Below, piece by piece: positions 19,614-29,659 of a stretch of 64,000 nt of DNA. The notes under the pieces are model-generated. The model worked only from the letters and a program-made list of their open reading frames with translations, ran no database searches and had not been told where the DNA came from. The stretch's first letter is position 1. Every line of letters begins with the position of its first letter. The position numbers and the translations under genes are program-made. The DNA is from an uncultured Verrucomicrobiae bacterium (GTDB lineage Bacteria; Verrucomicrobiota; Verrucomicrobiia; Chthoniobacterales; JAFAMB01): positions 1,920,001-1,984,000 of the forward strand of contig CAWIPH010000002.1 of NCBI GenBank assembly GCA_963837955.1, read 5' to 3'.

Positions 19614-20811
19614 ATGACGATTGAATCGATCACTGAGGCTCACCTGATCCGAACCGATGCGGAGGCGCTCCAGATAGCTCAAGAAATAGCGAAGGTTGTT
19701 CGCGCCGGCGCAATTGAGCGAGATAGACATCGACGGTTACCGAAAGAAGAGGTCGAATTATTGAGCCAGAGAGGACTCTACGGCATTGCAGTTCCGAAGA
19801 AGTATGGCGGAGCCGACGTTTCGGCTGTCACGGTGGGCAATGTCTTTCGGATCCTTGCTGCAGCAGATCCCAGCCTGGCCCAAATACCACAGAATCATTT
19901 CTGCTGGTCGGCCGTTCTCCACCTAGGAACGCCCGGAACAGGAAGCCTTCTTTTTCAAACGGTTCCTCGCCGGCGATCGGTTGGGTAACGCGGCCTCCGA
20001 AAGCACGCGCAAGCGTCCCGGCGATCACGAAACGAAAGCAGTCAGGGTAGAAGGAGGTTTTTCGGTAACCGGCAAGAAGTATTACAGCACCGGCGCTCTG
20101 TTCGCCCATTGGATTCCAGTTTTTGCCAACGACGAAGCCGAGCGTCCGATCATGCTACTGGTTCGGCGCGGTTCGGAAGGGCTGGAGATAGTGAACGATT
20201 GGGCCGGTATGGGTCAACGGACCACGGCCAGTGGTACCACTTTGTTGAATAGCGTCTTTGTTCCGGACTCTTGCGTAATCCCGTTCTACCGGGTAGCGGA
20301 AGGTCCGCAGATCTGGAGCGCATTGGCTGGTTTCATTCATGGAGCTATCGACCTCGGTATCGCCGAAGAAGCGTTAGAGGATACGAAAGAGTATATCCAC
20401 ACTAAGAACCGGCCCTGGGTTGATAACCCATTCGATGAACATGCTAAGGAGCCATTCATCGTAAAGCGGTTCGGCGAGTTAGTTGTTCAGTTACATGCCG
20501 CTCAAGCGCTGCTTCGGCGCGCGGGCGAAGCAATCGACGCGTTTTACGCCGATCGCGCGGAACAAAGCTCACTGGATGCTCGGTTTGCCGTAGCCGATTT
20601 TCGCATCGTGGCCGGAAACGCTGCGGTCGATATCTCAAATGAATTATTCCCTCTAACGGGAGCGCGAGCGACGCTTGAGCAGTACGGCCTCGACCGGCAT
20701 TGGCGGAACGCCAGGACGCACACGTTGCACGATCCGGATCGCTGGAAGGCTTACCATATTGGTAATTACTTCCTGAACGGTACGCCGCCTCCGCCGAAGT
20801 CTTATGTGTGA
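19614..20811 (+). pseudogene. SfnB/DszC-type sulfur-acquisition flavin oxidoreductase (acyl-CoA dehydrogenase fold) with a 1-nt frameshift near 19933
   Basis: ADPSLAQIPQNHF, GKKYYSTGALFAHW, DWAGMGQRTTASGT, LDRHWRNARTHTLHDP; removing one C from CCC at 19932-19934 restores GTPEQEAFFFKRFLAGDRLGNA. Confidence 0.88.
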
Positions 20812-20886
20812 GGGGGGCAGGAGCGGGGAAGGTAGTAAGCGGTAAGCAGCGATCAGATAGCGGGGAGCCGGACGCCGGGACCCGGA

Positions 20887-21200
20887 TACGCCGAAGGCGT
20901 TCAAGGACTCAGCCCGGGGTGGAGGCTTTGCGTAACCCCGGGTAACGCAAAAAAACGCGTCCGCTCTGAAAGAGCGCTAGAAGTCTTCCAGGGAGCTCGG
21001 TTACGGCAGCAACAATCCGTAGAGGCCGACGCTGGGTAAGAGGGTCTAGAAGGGGCGTCCATACCCTCGATGGAGACGGTAATTGAGCGCCGTTCTGCCA
21101 GACGGTCTTACGCTCTTTCAGAGCGGGCGCGCATTTTGCAGTTACCCGGGGTTACGCAAAGCCTCCACCCCGGGCTGAGTCCTCTAACGCCTTCGGCGTA
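20887..21200. repeat. Long palindromic REPIN/MITE-like element, family A, copy 2 (uninterrupted)
   Basis: Inverted arms TACGCCGAAGGCG...CGCCTTCGGCGTA with the conserved spacer. Confidence 0.92.
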
Positions 21201-21314
21201 TCTGGCGTTGTCCGACCCCGATGTCCGGCTCCTCGGCTCCTAAATACTGCTTACCGCTTGCCGGTTGCGGCTCACTCCTCATCCCGCTCCTCGCTCGCGT
21301 TCCACCCGCCGGCG

Positions 21315-22019
21315 CTACACCCCTCCGTACCTGCGCTGGCGGCGTCCAAATTCGGTGACGGCTTCGCGAAGATCATCTCGCTTAAAATCGGGCCAGAGCG
21401 TTTGGGTGACGTACATTTCCGTATAGCTCAGTTGCCAGAGGAGGAAATTGGAAATGCGCATCTCGCCGGAGGTCCGTATCAATAGATCAGGGTCGGGCCA
21501 CTGTCGGGTGTAAAGAAACTGGCTGAATTTCTCCGCCGTTAAATCATCAGGATCCAATCGATTCGCTTTGACCTCTTCGGCGACGCGTTTAACTCCATCG
21601 ATTATTTCTGCGCGCCCGCTGTAATTGATAGCGAGAATGGTCGTGAGCTTATGATTATTTGCGGTTTGAGCGATGGCCTCTTGGAGCTGCTCTTGGCAGT
21701 CCTCCGGGAGTTCGGCCAGCCTGCCAATGGCTTGCAGCTGGATCCCTTTACCGGCCAGATCCTTGGTGTAATCCCGCAAAAATTTCCGCAGCAGCCCCAT
21801 GAGTGTATCCACTTCCTCTTTTGGTCGCTGCCAATTCTCGGTGGAGAAGGCGTAGAGCGTGAGATAGAGAATCCCTAGCTCGAGGCAGGCTTCCACGCAT
21901 GCCTTGACCGCTTTGGCTCCCTCAAGGTGTCCACGACTGCGTGGCCAACCGCGTTGTCGAGCCCATCGTCCGTTGCCATCCATGATGATAGCGACGTGTT
22001 TGGGAACCTGGTTGACCAT
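21315..22019 (-). CDS. uppS: Isoprenyl transferase (undecaprenyl diphosphate synthase)
   Basis: HVAIIMDGNGRWA, YAFSTENW, DPDLLIRTSGEMRISNFLLWQ, RRYGG. Confidence 0.97.
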   Translation of the reverse strand: MVNQVPKHVAIIMDGNGRWARQRGWPRSRGHLEGAKAVKACVEACLELGILYLTLYAFSTENWQRPKEEVDTLMGLLRKFLRDYTKDLAGKGIQLQAIGRLAELPEDCQEQLQEAIAQTANNHKLTTILAINYSGRAEIIDGVKRVAEEVKANRLDPDDLTAEKFSQFLYTRQWPDPDLLIRTSGEMRISNFLLWQLSYTEMYVTQTLWPDFKRDDLREAVTEFGRRQRRYGGV

Positions 22020-22533
22020 TTTCTCGGACAACAAGGAGCGATATCCGCGCCTAAAAAGCAAATGCTAGAAATTCTAATAGGCAAGATGGGTCGGAAATAA
22101 GAGTCCGGAATTCAGAATCTAGAATTCAGAATCTAGAAGCTAGAAGGCCACCTCAGTCGAAGCGGGAGCCATGAACGGAAAACGGCTCGCCGCTGCATGA
22201 TTTCGAGATCATCCAGGACCGCACGATCTTCTACAGCCGGCAGAATGGGCTGCGTCCCGAAAAAATTCGCGTTCCAGCGCCGAAAATTTTCGATTCACCC
22301 CAGAAATTCGATTCAGCGACGGAGCCCATATTTCTTGGTCGAGTCGCCAAATTTCGGGCCAAATGCAGTGGAATGTCGTAAAAATGGCGATTTTTCTGCA
22401 GAGTTTATAACAAAAGATGCATATCGATCCTTGCGGAATTATTTTGATGCGCAAAATATAACACCCTGAAAATGAACGCTTGTGTCGAGCTGTTACCAGA
22501 TAAGGTTTCCGCAATCGCCACGAGCAAGGCTTT

Positions 22534-23979
22534 TTGATGCAGACAATCTTGCTTGTTGATCCTGAAACAGACTTTCTAGAGTGGGCGCAAAACCAACTCG
22601 AAACTCCGACGACCCGAGTTTTCACCGCGACCGCCTCGGACGAGGCGTACAAGATCTATATCTCAGAGAATCCCGACTTACTGATCTGCGAGACGCACCT
22701 CATGCCCTTCAGCGGCCTGGAACTGCTCGCCCGAATCCGGCAACGCGACTCGAACGCGCTGGTGATCCTGATGAGCGCATTTGGTACGACCCAATCGGTG
22801 ATCGAGTCGATGAAACTCGGCGCCTTCGATTACCTGCGTAAGGAATCGCTGCCGTTCAATCTGAAACCAGTGGTTGATGCTGCGCTGAATACTCAGGCCG
22901 AGATGCGTTCCGCAACCGCCTTCAAGCCACAGCTCACCGTTGAACAATATCAGGACAGTTTGGTGGGCCAATCGCAGCCGATGCAGCAGGTGTTTAAGAT
23001 GATCGGCAGGGTGTCTCACAGCGACGCGCCGGTGATGATCACCGGTGAGAGCGGTTCCGGAAAAGAATTGGTGGCGCGGGCGATCCACCATTACGGGAAT
23101 CGGAACGGTCAACCATTTATCGCGATCAACTGCGCAGCCATACCGGAGAATCTGCTCGAGAGCGAGTTGTTTGGACATGAGAAGGGAGCCTTCACCGGAG
23201 CCGCGGCCTTGCGCATCGGCAGGTTTGAGCAGAGCAACGGCGGCACGTTGTTCCTGGATGAAATCGGCGAAATGCCGCTTCCTGTGCAAAGCAAGATTCT
23301 CCGCGTCTTACAGGAAGGGGAATTTTCTCGGGTCGGCGGCAATGCCGTCATCAGGACAGACGTCCGGATTATCGCTGCGACGAACAAGACATTGGAGCAG
23401 GAAGTCGCAAAAAAGCAGTTCCGAGAGGATCTTTTTTATCGTTTGAACGTCGTGCGGATTCATCTCCCGCCGCTTCGATTACGGAGGGAAGATATTCGTT
23501 TGTTGGCGGAATATTTTTTGAAGAAAATCGCCACCCACAAGCATCTGCCGCAACTCACCCTTTCGGCGGAAGCGGTCAAAGTGCTGGAGGAGTACCCGTG
23601 GCCGGGCAACGTGCGCGAGTTGGAGAACACGATCCAGCGTGCTTGTGTGTTAGCCAGTAGCGATGTGCTTTTGCCGAAAGATATTCCGCTCGGCGTGGCC
23701 AATCATTCCGAAGACGCGGTCGAGAGTACGCCTCCGGTGTCCGGCGCGGTGGGAGGTAAGCCGACTCTTGAGGTAGCGGTCGAAACGCTCCTGGACGCAG
23801 CCTCAGGGGATTCTCGATTGCAGCTATTGCCGTGGTTAGAACGCGAATTCACGATCTTTGCCATGAAGCGCACCAAAGGGAATCAGGTGAAAGCGGCTAA
23901 GCTTCTGGGGGTAACTCGCGCCACGCTACGCAAACGCATCGAGCGCTACGGTATTACGAAGGAATTAAATTTTCAGTGA
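22534..23979 (+). CDS. Sigma-54-dependent transcriptional activator, NtrC family (receiver-AAA+-HTH)
   Basis: Receiver domain, GESGSGKE, GAFTGA, FLDEIGE, WPGNVREL, Fis-type HTH. The usual phospho-acceptor Asp appears as Glu (DLLICE). Confidence 0.95.
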   Translation: MMQTILLVDPETDFLEWAQNQLETPTTRVFTATASDEAYKIYISENPDLLICETHLMPFSGLELLARIRQRDSNALVILMSAFGTTQSVIESMKLGAFDYLRKESLPFNLKPVVDAALNTQAEMRSATAFKPQLTVEQYQDSLVGQSQPMQQVFKMIGRVSHSDAPVMITGESGSGKELVARAIHHYGNRNGQPFIAINCAAIPENLLESELFGHEKGAFTGAAALRIGRFEQSNGGTLFLDEIGEMPLPVQSKILRVLQEGEFSRVGGNAVIRTDVRIIAATNKTLEQEVAKKQFREDLFYRLNVVRIHLPPLRLRREDIRLLAEYFLKKIATHKHLPQLTLSAEAVKVLEEYPWPGNVRELENTIQRACVLASSDVLLPKDIPLGVANHSEDAVESTPPVSGAVGGKPTLEVAVETLLDAASGDSRLQLLPWLEREFTIFAMKRTKGNQVKAAKLLGVTRATLRKRIERYGITKELNFQ

Positions 23980-24077
23980 AGAATGGGAGGGTTCACTTCC
24001 CGACTTTGCCAAGCGTACGCGGCTACGTTTACGACGTCTTCGAACCCAAGCGAGGCGGCGTCCGGTCGCCGGGCAAA

Positions 24078-24191
24078 GTAGCCTGACGCTCCAGCCTCAG
24101 GGATCCGATGTGATTGACTTGAGGAATGAAGGAATCGATTGTCTTGCGCTTTCAATAACTCTGGGTTCCTGAGCCAAGAGGATCAGGCTAC
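24078..24191. repeat. GTAG-type REP doublet, family C
   Basis: GTAGCCTGACGCTCCAGCCTCAGGGA ... TCCTGAGCCAAGAGGATCAGGCTAC; other copies at 35339/36861, 42989-43101 and 53955. Confidence 0.8.
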
Positions 24192-24333
24192 ACCATCGCG
24201 AACGGACGCACGGGAATGCATCCCTACCGGCTCGAATTGATCATGCCTCAATGGCAGACGATGTTGTCGGACTTTGGCGACAAATGATCACGCTTCCGCC
24301 CTGGATGCGGAACCAAGACAAAAATCGCCTGGC

Positions 24334-27300
24334 ATGGATAAACCCAAAAAGACTACGCATCCTTTGGTGGAAGTTGTAGACGCGGTGCGCCGTTCTGCTG
24401 TTTTTCGCCACAAATTCAAGGAAAAACCGCCCATCCGCTTTGAACATGTCGTGGAAGCCGCTCAATCGTTCATCGCGGCGTGCATCGCGCACCAATATCC
24501 ATCACGAACCTGCTGGTTGATCTGTCCCGATACGCGACGCCAAGAGGAAATCTGTAACGAGCTACTCAACTGGGAAGTCGGCGCCCAGTTTTTTCCTGAA
24601 CTCGAGTTGCCGGCGATCGAGGGCGCGGTGCCTGATCCCGAGTTAGTGGCCGAGCGGCTGGCTTTGCTGCAACAGATAGCGAGCGGCCAGAGGATGGTCT
24701 TGGTCGTCACTCGCTCGGTATTGGAGGGCCTGGTTGCGCGACCGGATCAGGTGTTGAAGCAAACCCTCACGTTGCGGCGCGGTGACCAGCTGGATGCCGG
24801 GCAACTAATGGAGAGACTCATGCGGGCCGGCTACGAAAAAGTGCCGCAGGTGAGCGGTCGCGGAGAATTCGCAAGTCGCGGTGGCATTATCGACATTTTC
24901 TCAGCGCAACATGCCGTCCCGGTCCGAGTGGAACTTTTTGGTGATATGATTGAGTCGCTGCGAGAGTTCGATCTGGATGAACAGACGGCAATCCAGGTCG
25001 TCGAACAATCAGAGATCTTTCTCGGCGATTTCCAAGGTGAAGGGATCCCGCTCCGGAATTATGTCAAGCCGGGTGACTTGGTGATAGATGTTGAAGCGGA
25101 GCAGGCGGACGCTGAGGTCAGAGTTACGGCGGGAGCATTTCCGAGCGATCAACCAGAAGATTTCGGAGGGGCCTTTTATCCTTCCCCTTTCCACGATTTC
25201 GAAGCCGGAGATTTCTTAGTCGAGGAACACAAGCGGCAACGAGCGCTGACACAGCTCGAGGAATGGTTGCGGCAAGATTGGCGTCTACTAGTGGTCTGCC
25301 ACAACGAGGGGGAGATCGAGCGATTGAGAGACGTCTTGTCCGACAACGACATCAACGTTGAGGCGGTCAATTTCGCAGTAGGTAGCCTGAACCATGGATT
25401 TGTCTATCCCGGGGCGCGGCTGGCGGTGCTTTGTGACGCCGAAATCTTCGGACGATACCAGAGTCCAAGTGCTCGTCGCTTAGCGGTCCGAAGGGCTCGG
25501 CTCCGCGGCGGCCGGGTTCCCGTCGACTTCAGCGAGTTGGCCGAAGGGGATCTGGTAGTGCATGTGGAGCATGGAATCGGGAAATACTTAGGTGTTCACG
25601 AATTGGAGCAGGGAGGCGGCAAGAGCGAGTGTGTCGTTCTGGAGTTTGCCGAGGGTGCGCGGCTGTACGTACCGTTCGAACAGGCGTTTCTAATCTCGCG
25701 ATATGTTGGGATTGGGAAGCGATTTCCGCCGCTGAGCAACTTAGGCGATGCCAAATGGAACAAGGCTAAAAGGGCGGCCGAAACAGCGATCTTCGATTAC
25801 GCGGCTCGTCTGCTGAACCTGCAGGCGCAGCGCAACACGCTGCCGGGCTACGCCTTTCCGCCCGATTCGAAATGGCAGCGGGAATTCGAAGCCTCCTTTC
25901 TTTATACGGAAACGCCCGATCAATTCCGAGCAATCGAGGAAACAAAAACGGATATGGAGACGGAACAGCCGATGGATCGATTGATCTGCGGCGATGTTGG
26001 GTTTGGGAAGACGGAGGTAGCGATTCGCGCGGCATTCAAATCCGTCATGAGTGGAAAACAGGCGGCAATGCTGGTACCCACTACGGTCTTGGCCCAACAG
26101 CATTTTGAAACGTTCCGGCAGCGCATGTCTGATTACCCGATTCGGGTCGGCATGCTAAGCCGATTTCTCTCCGCGGCGGAACAGCGGAAGACAGTGGCGG
26201 CGATCCGGGACGGCTCGATTGACATCATTGTCGGTACCCATCGGCTGATTTCGTCTGACATCCAGTTCAAGGATCTCGGGTTGGTCGTTATAGACGAGGA
26301 ACAACGCTTTGGGGTACGTCACAAGGAACTGTTGAAGGAGCGATTCAAGTTGGTAGATGTTCTGACGCTCTCGGCCACGCCGATTCCACGCACACTGTAT
26401 CTCTCGCTGGTCGGCGCCAAAGACATGTCATCGATCGAGACACCGCCGCCCAACCGGCTTCCGGTTGAAACGGTGGTTTGCGGGTACGATGAACGGATTA
26501 TCCGCGACGCGATTCAGCGCGAACTCCATCGACGTGGTCAGGTCTATTTTCTGCACAATCGGGTGCATTCCATCGAGCGCGTGCGAAATCGAGTACAAGA
26601 GCTTTGTCCGGCGGCTCGAATTGATGTTGGGCACGGCCAAATGGAAGAAGAGGAGCTGGAAAAGGTGATGCACCGGTTTGTTCAAGGAGAGATTGATGTC
26701 TTAATTTCGACGTCGATCATTGAAAGCGGGTTAGACATTCCAAACGCGAACACGATTATCATTGATCGGGCAGACCGGTTCGGATTGGCAGATCTCTATC
26801 AGCTTCGTGGCCGGGTTGGACGAGCCCAACACAAAGCGTACGCGTACCTATTGCTGCCACGTGATTTGATGGCGGTCGGTGCAGCTCGGAGCCGGATTAA
26901 TGCAATCAAACAATATTCAGGTTTAGGGGCCGGATTCAAAATCGCGATGCGCGACTTGGAAATTCGCGGAGCGGGCAACATTCTTGGCACCGCCCAGAGC
27001 GGTCACATCATCAATATCGGATTTGATCTTTACTGTCAGTTGCTGCAACAGGCCGTGGAAAAACTGAAAGGTAAAAAGGGAGTCAGACGTTCCGAGACTT
27101 TTCTGCGACTCGACTTCGTGGTCACGAACGAATCGGAGTTTGTCACCACGCGAAAGGAGCTTGCCCCGGCCTTTGTGCCTTCCGATTACATTGCTCAACC
27201 CCAGACGAGGATTGAGGCGTACAAGAAACTAGCCGCAGTCTCTTCGCTGGATCAGCTTCAACGACTCAAAGCGGAATGGCGAGATCGCTTTGGACCGCTC

Positions 27301-27513
27301 CAGACGGCAGTGCAGAACCTATTGATGTTGAACGAGATCCGTCTTATCGCTGGACGGGAAAAAATCGCGCGAATCGAGGTGAAAGATTCGAAAGTAATGA
27401 TGATTCGGGGCGGCGATTATCTGCTCATTGGCGACCGGTTTCCCCGCTTGACGGCAACCGACCCCCAAGCTAGCCTCGCGGAGTTGCTATTCTTGTTAAC
27501 CCGACTCTCCTGA
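24334..27513 (+). CDS. mfd: Transcription-repair coupling factor
   Basis: RGGIIDIF, VHVEHGIGKY, MDRLICGDVGFGKTEVA, DEEQRFG, SATPIPRT, TRG motif DLEIRGAGNILG; start uncertain (24274 or 24334). Confidence 0.97.
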   Translation: MDKPKKTTHPLVEVVDAVRRSAVFRHKFKEKPPIRFEHVVEAAQSFIAACIAHQYPSRTCWLICPDTRRQEEICNELLNWEVGAQFFPELELPAIEGAVPDPELVAERLALLQQIASGQRMVLVVTRSVLEGLVARPDQVLKQTLTLRRGDQLDAGQLMERLMRAGYEKVPQVSGRGEFASRGGIIDIFSAQHAVPVRVELFGDMIESLREFDLDEQTAIQVVEQSEIFLGDFQGEGIPLRNYVKPGDLVIDVEAEQADAEVRVTAGAFPSDQPEDFGGAFYPSPFHDFEAGDFLVEEHKRQRALTQLEEWLRQDWRLLVVCHNEGEIERLRDVLSDNDINVEAVNFAVGSLNHGFVYPGARLAVLCDAEIFGRYQSPSARRLAVRRARLRGGRVPVDFSELAEGDLVVHVEHGIGKYLGVHELEQGGGKSECVVLEFAEGARLYVPFEQAFLISRYVGIGKRFPPLSNLGDAKWNKAKRAAETAIFDYAARLLNLQAQRNTLPGYAFPPDSKWQREFEASFLYTETPDQFRAIEETKTDMETEQPMDRLICGDVGFGKTEVAIRAAFKSVMSGKQAAMLVPTTVLAQQHFETFRQRMSDYPIRVGMLSRFLSAAEQRKTVAAIRDGSIDIIVGTHRLISSDIQFKDLGLVVIDEEQRFGVRHKELLKERFKLVDVLTLSATPIPRTLYLSLVGAKDMSSIETPPPNRLPVETVVCGYDERIIRDAIQRELHRRGQVYFLHNRVHSIERVRNRVQELCPAARIDVGHGQMEEEELEKVMHRFVQGEIDVLISTSIIESGLDIPNANTIIIDRADRFGLADLYQLRGRVGRAQHKAYAYLLLPRDLMAVGAARSRINAIKQYSGLGAGFKIAMRDLEIRGAGNILGTAQSGHIINIGFDLYCQLLQQAVEKLKGKKGVRRSETFLRLDFVVTNESEFVTTRKELAPAFVPSDYIAQPQTRIEAYKKLAAVSSLDQLQRLKAEWRDRFGPLQTAVQNLLMLNEIRLIAGREKIARIEVKDSKVMMIRGGDYLLIGDRFPRLTATDPQASLAELLFLLTRLS

Positions 27514-27519
27514 AAAAGC

Positions 27520-28494
27520 ATGTTTTCCAAGCTGTTTGGTAGTTGCGTTGTGGCGTTTTCGCTGCTTGCTCCCGCGGTCATGCGCGCAGCGGATCCGCAA
27601 GTCATCGATGGTATCGCCGCAGTCGTTAATGGTGATGTGATCACGTTTTCGCAGGTCCAGGAGGTGGCCGCCCCCGAAGAGCAGACGCTCCGGCAGCAAT
27701 CCACCGGACAGGAACTCATTGATAAAATCAAAGAGACGCGGTTGGCGGTTTTGAACGATCTGGTAAACCGTCAATTGATCCTGCAAGAGTTTAAGAAGAA
27801 GGAATACAAAATTCCGGATTATGTAGTGGAGCAGCAGGTCGCCGGGATAATCAAAGATGAGTTTGGCGGCGATCGGCAAGCGTTTGTTCGGACCCTTAGC
27901 GCGCAGGGTTATACCATGAATCGGTTCCGCGACATGGAAAAGGACAAGATCACTGTCCAAGTGATGCGCCAAAACAACGTGAAGGGGGCTTTCGCAGCGT
28001 CGCCAACCGAGGTTGAGGCCTATTACAACGCGAATAAGAATGAATTTGCAACGCCGGTCCAAGTCAAGCTGCGGATGATCGTACTCAACTCCGATCCGCT
28101 GGTGTCGGACTCCGCGGGCAGTACGAAGCAGATGGCTGAAGAGATTCGAGAAAAAGCGAAAACCGGTGCGGATTTCGCGACCCTAGCCAAGACTTACTCG
28201 ATGGACGGCACTGCCGAAAACGGAGGAGATTGGGGTTGGGTGGATGAGAAGACTTTAAACCAGGATCTAACGAAGACAGCGTTCGCTCTTTCGGCCAAAG
28301 AGGTGAGCCCGGTTATTCAGATCGGTGACTCCTATTACATTTTGTATTGCGAGGATAAGAAGACGGCGAACTTCATCCCCTTGGCGGAAGTGAGGGACGG
28401 AATCTCCAAAAAGCTCGAACAAGTTCAGCGTCAAAAGGCTACCCAACGCTGGATCGATGGCCTCCGCGAGAAAGCCTATATTAAGGTGTATTAG
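27520..28494 (+). CDS. SurA/PrsA-like parvulin peptidyl-prolyl isomerase
   Basis: Signal peptide, GIAAVVNGDVIT, DFATLAKTYS, GGDWGW, LREKAYIK. Confidence 0.88.
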   Translation: MFSKLFGSCVVAFSLLAPAVMRAADPQVIDGIAAVVNGDVITFSQVQEVAAPEEQTLRQQSTGQELIDKIKETRLAVLNDLVNRQLILQEFKKKEYKIPDYVVEQQVAGIIKDEFGGDRQAFVRTLSAQGYTMNRFRDMEKDKITVQVMRQNNVKGAFAASPTEVEAYYNANKNEFATPVQVKLRMIVLNSDPLVSDSAGSTKQMAEEIREKAKTGADFATLAKTYSMDGTAENGGDWGWVDEKTLNQDLTKTAFALSAKEVSPVIQIGDSYYILYCEDKKTANFIPLAEVRDGISKKLEQVQRQKATQRWIDGLREKAYIKVY

Positions 28495-28650
28495 AGCAAC
28501 CGGTGTCGCTCCCGTCGTCCGCCGAAGGTGGGGATGACAAGAAGTCCAGATAGGCCGTCGCGGGTTGAACTGCTGTTTCTCATGTTCCCAACTCCAGCCG
28601 CTGCCGACTTAGTCCCAATTCCTGGCTCCTGAGTTCGGGCCTTCCTGACG

Positions 28651-29460
28651 ATGCGCAGATTGGCTCCCTATTTGAAGGCATTCGACATAGGGTTCCAGAA
28701 CACCTTCGTCTATCGCTGGAATTTTTTTATCCGCTCTATCTTCGGTATTCTGCCGCTACTGGGGACGGTCTTTATCTGGGGAGCCATCTTTCACGCGAAA
28801 GGGCAGGGGATTAATACCTTCGATTACGGCTCCGTCGTTTTCTATTTTTTGTTGGTCCTGTTTCTGCAAGGTTTGGTGACACCGACCGACGATGAATGGG
28901 AAGTAGCTAATGACATCAGAGAGGGTCAAATCAGCAGTTTTATCGTCAGGCCGATCGATTACCTTCTTTATCGATTCTGTCTCTTCGCCAGTAACCGAAT
29001 TCTTTACGCTGCGATGACGCTACCGGTAGTGGCCCTCCTCTTTTTTTGGTATCGAGAATATTTGGTGTGGCCGACAGATTGGGTCGTTTGGCTGGTCGCG
29101 CTTTGGACCACGTTGATGGCGGGGCTACTCCAGTTTTTTATCTCGATCAGCGTGGCGCTTCTCGCGTTCTGGATGCTGGAAATTTCAACGGTGGTCTTTA
29201 TCATCTACTCGTTCGAATACTTTCTGAGCGGCCAAATGTTTCCCATCGCCTTTATGCCGCCGGCTGTCCGGGATGTTTTGGTCTGGTTGCCGTTTCCTTA
29301 TGAGCTTTCATTTCCGGTCGTCGTTTTTATGCAGCGAGTGCATGGGACCGAGCTCTGGTCCGGAGTCGCAATTCAAGCGTTTTGGGTCGTGATAGCTGGT
29401 CTCGCTGCGAAAACGATGTGGAGGGTCGGATTGAACCACTATGAAGCGGTCGGGGGATGA
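28651..29460 (+). CDS. ABC-2 family transporter permease
   Basis: About 6 TM segments; DIREGQISSFIVRP, FLSGQMFP, C-terminal YEAVGG. Confidence 0.85.
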   Translation: MRRLAPYLKAFDIGFQNTFVYRWNFFIRSIFGILPLLGTVFIWGAIFHAKGQGINTFDYGSVVFYFLLVLFLQGLVTPTDDEWEVANDIREGQISSFIVRPIDYLLYRFCLFASNRILYAAMTLPVVALLFFWYREYLVWPTDWVVWLVALWTTLMAGLLQFFISISVALLAFWMLEISTVVFIIYSFEYFLSGQMFPIAFMPPAVRDVLVWLPFPYELSFPVVVFMQRVHGTELWSGVAIQAFWVVIAGLAAKTMWRVGLNHYEAVGG

Positions 29461-29659
29461 GGGCAGGATGTTCGATAAGGGTGCGAGGCGGAGCCGACCG
29501 ATTTGTGGAGGGGCGTTGTTTCCGACTTCGCCCGAGGATAATCCATCGCACTGAGGATTCGAATCGGGGGCCGTAGACGCGGTTCTATCAGGGGCTTTCC
29601 CGGGAGCCGCAAGCAGCTCCCCTCCGACCGAGGGGTATCCCGACCATTAAGGAACCCGT

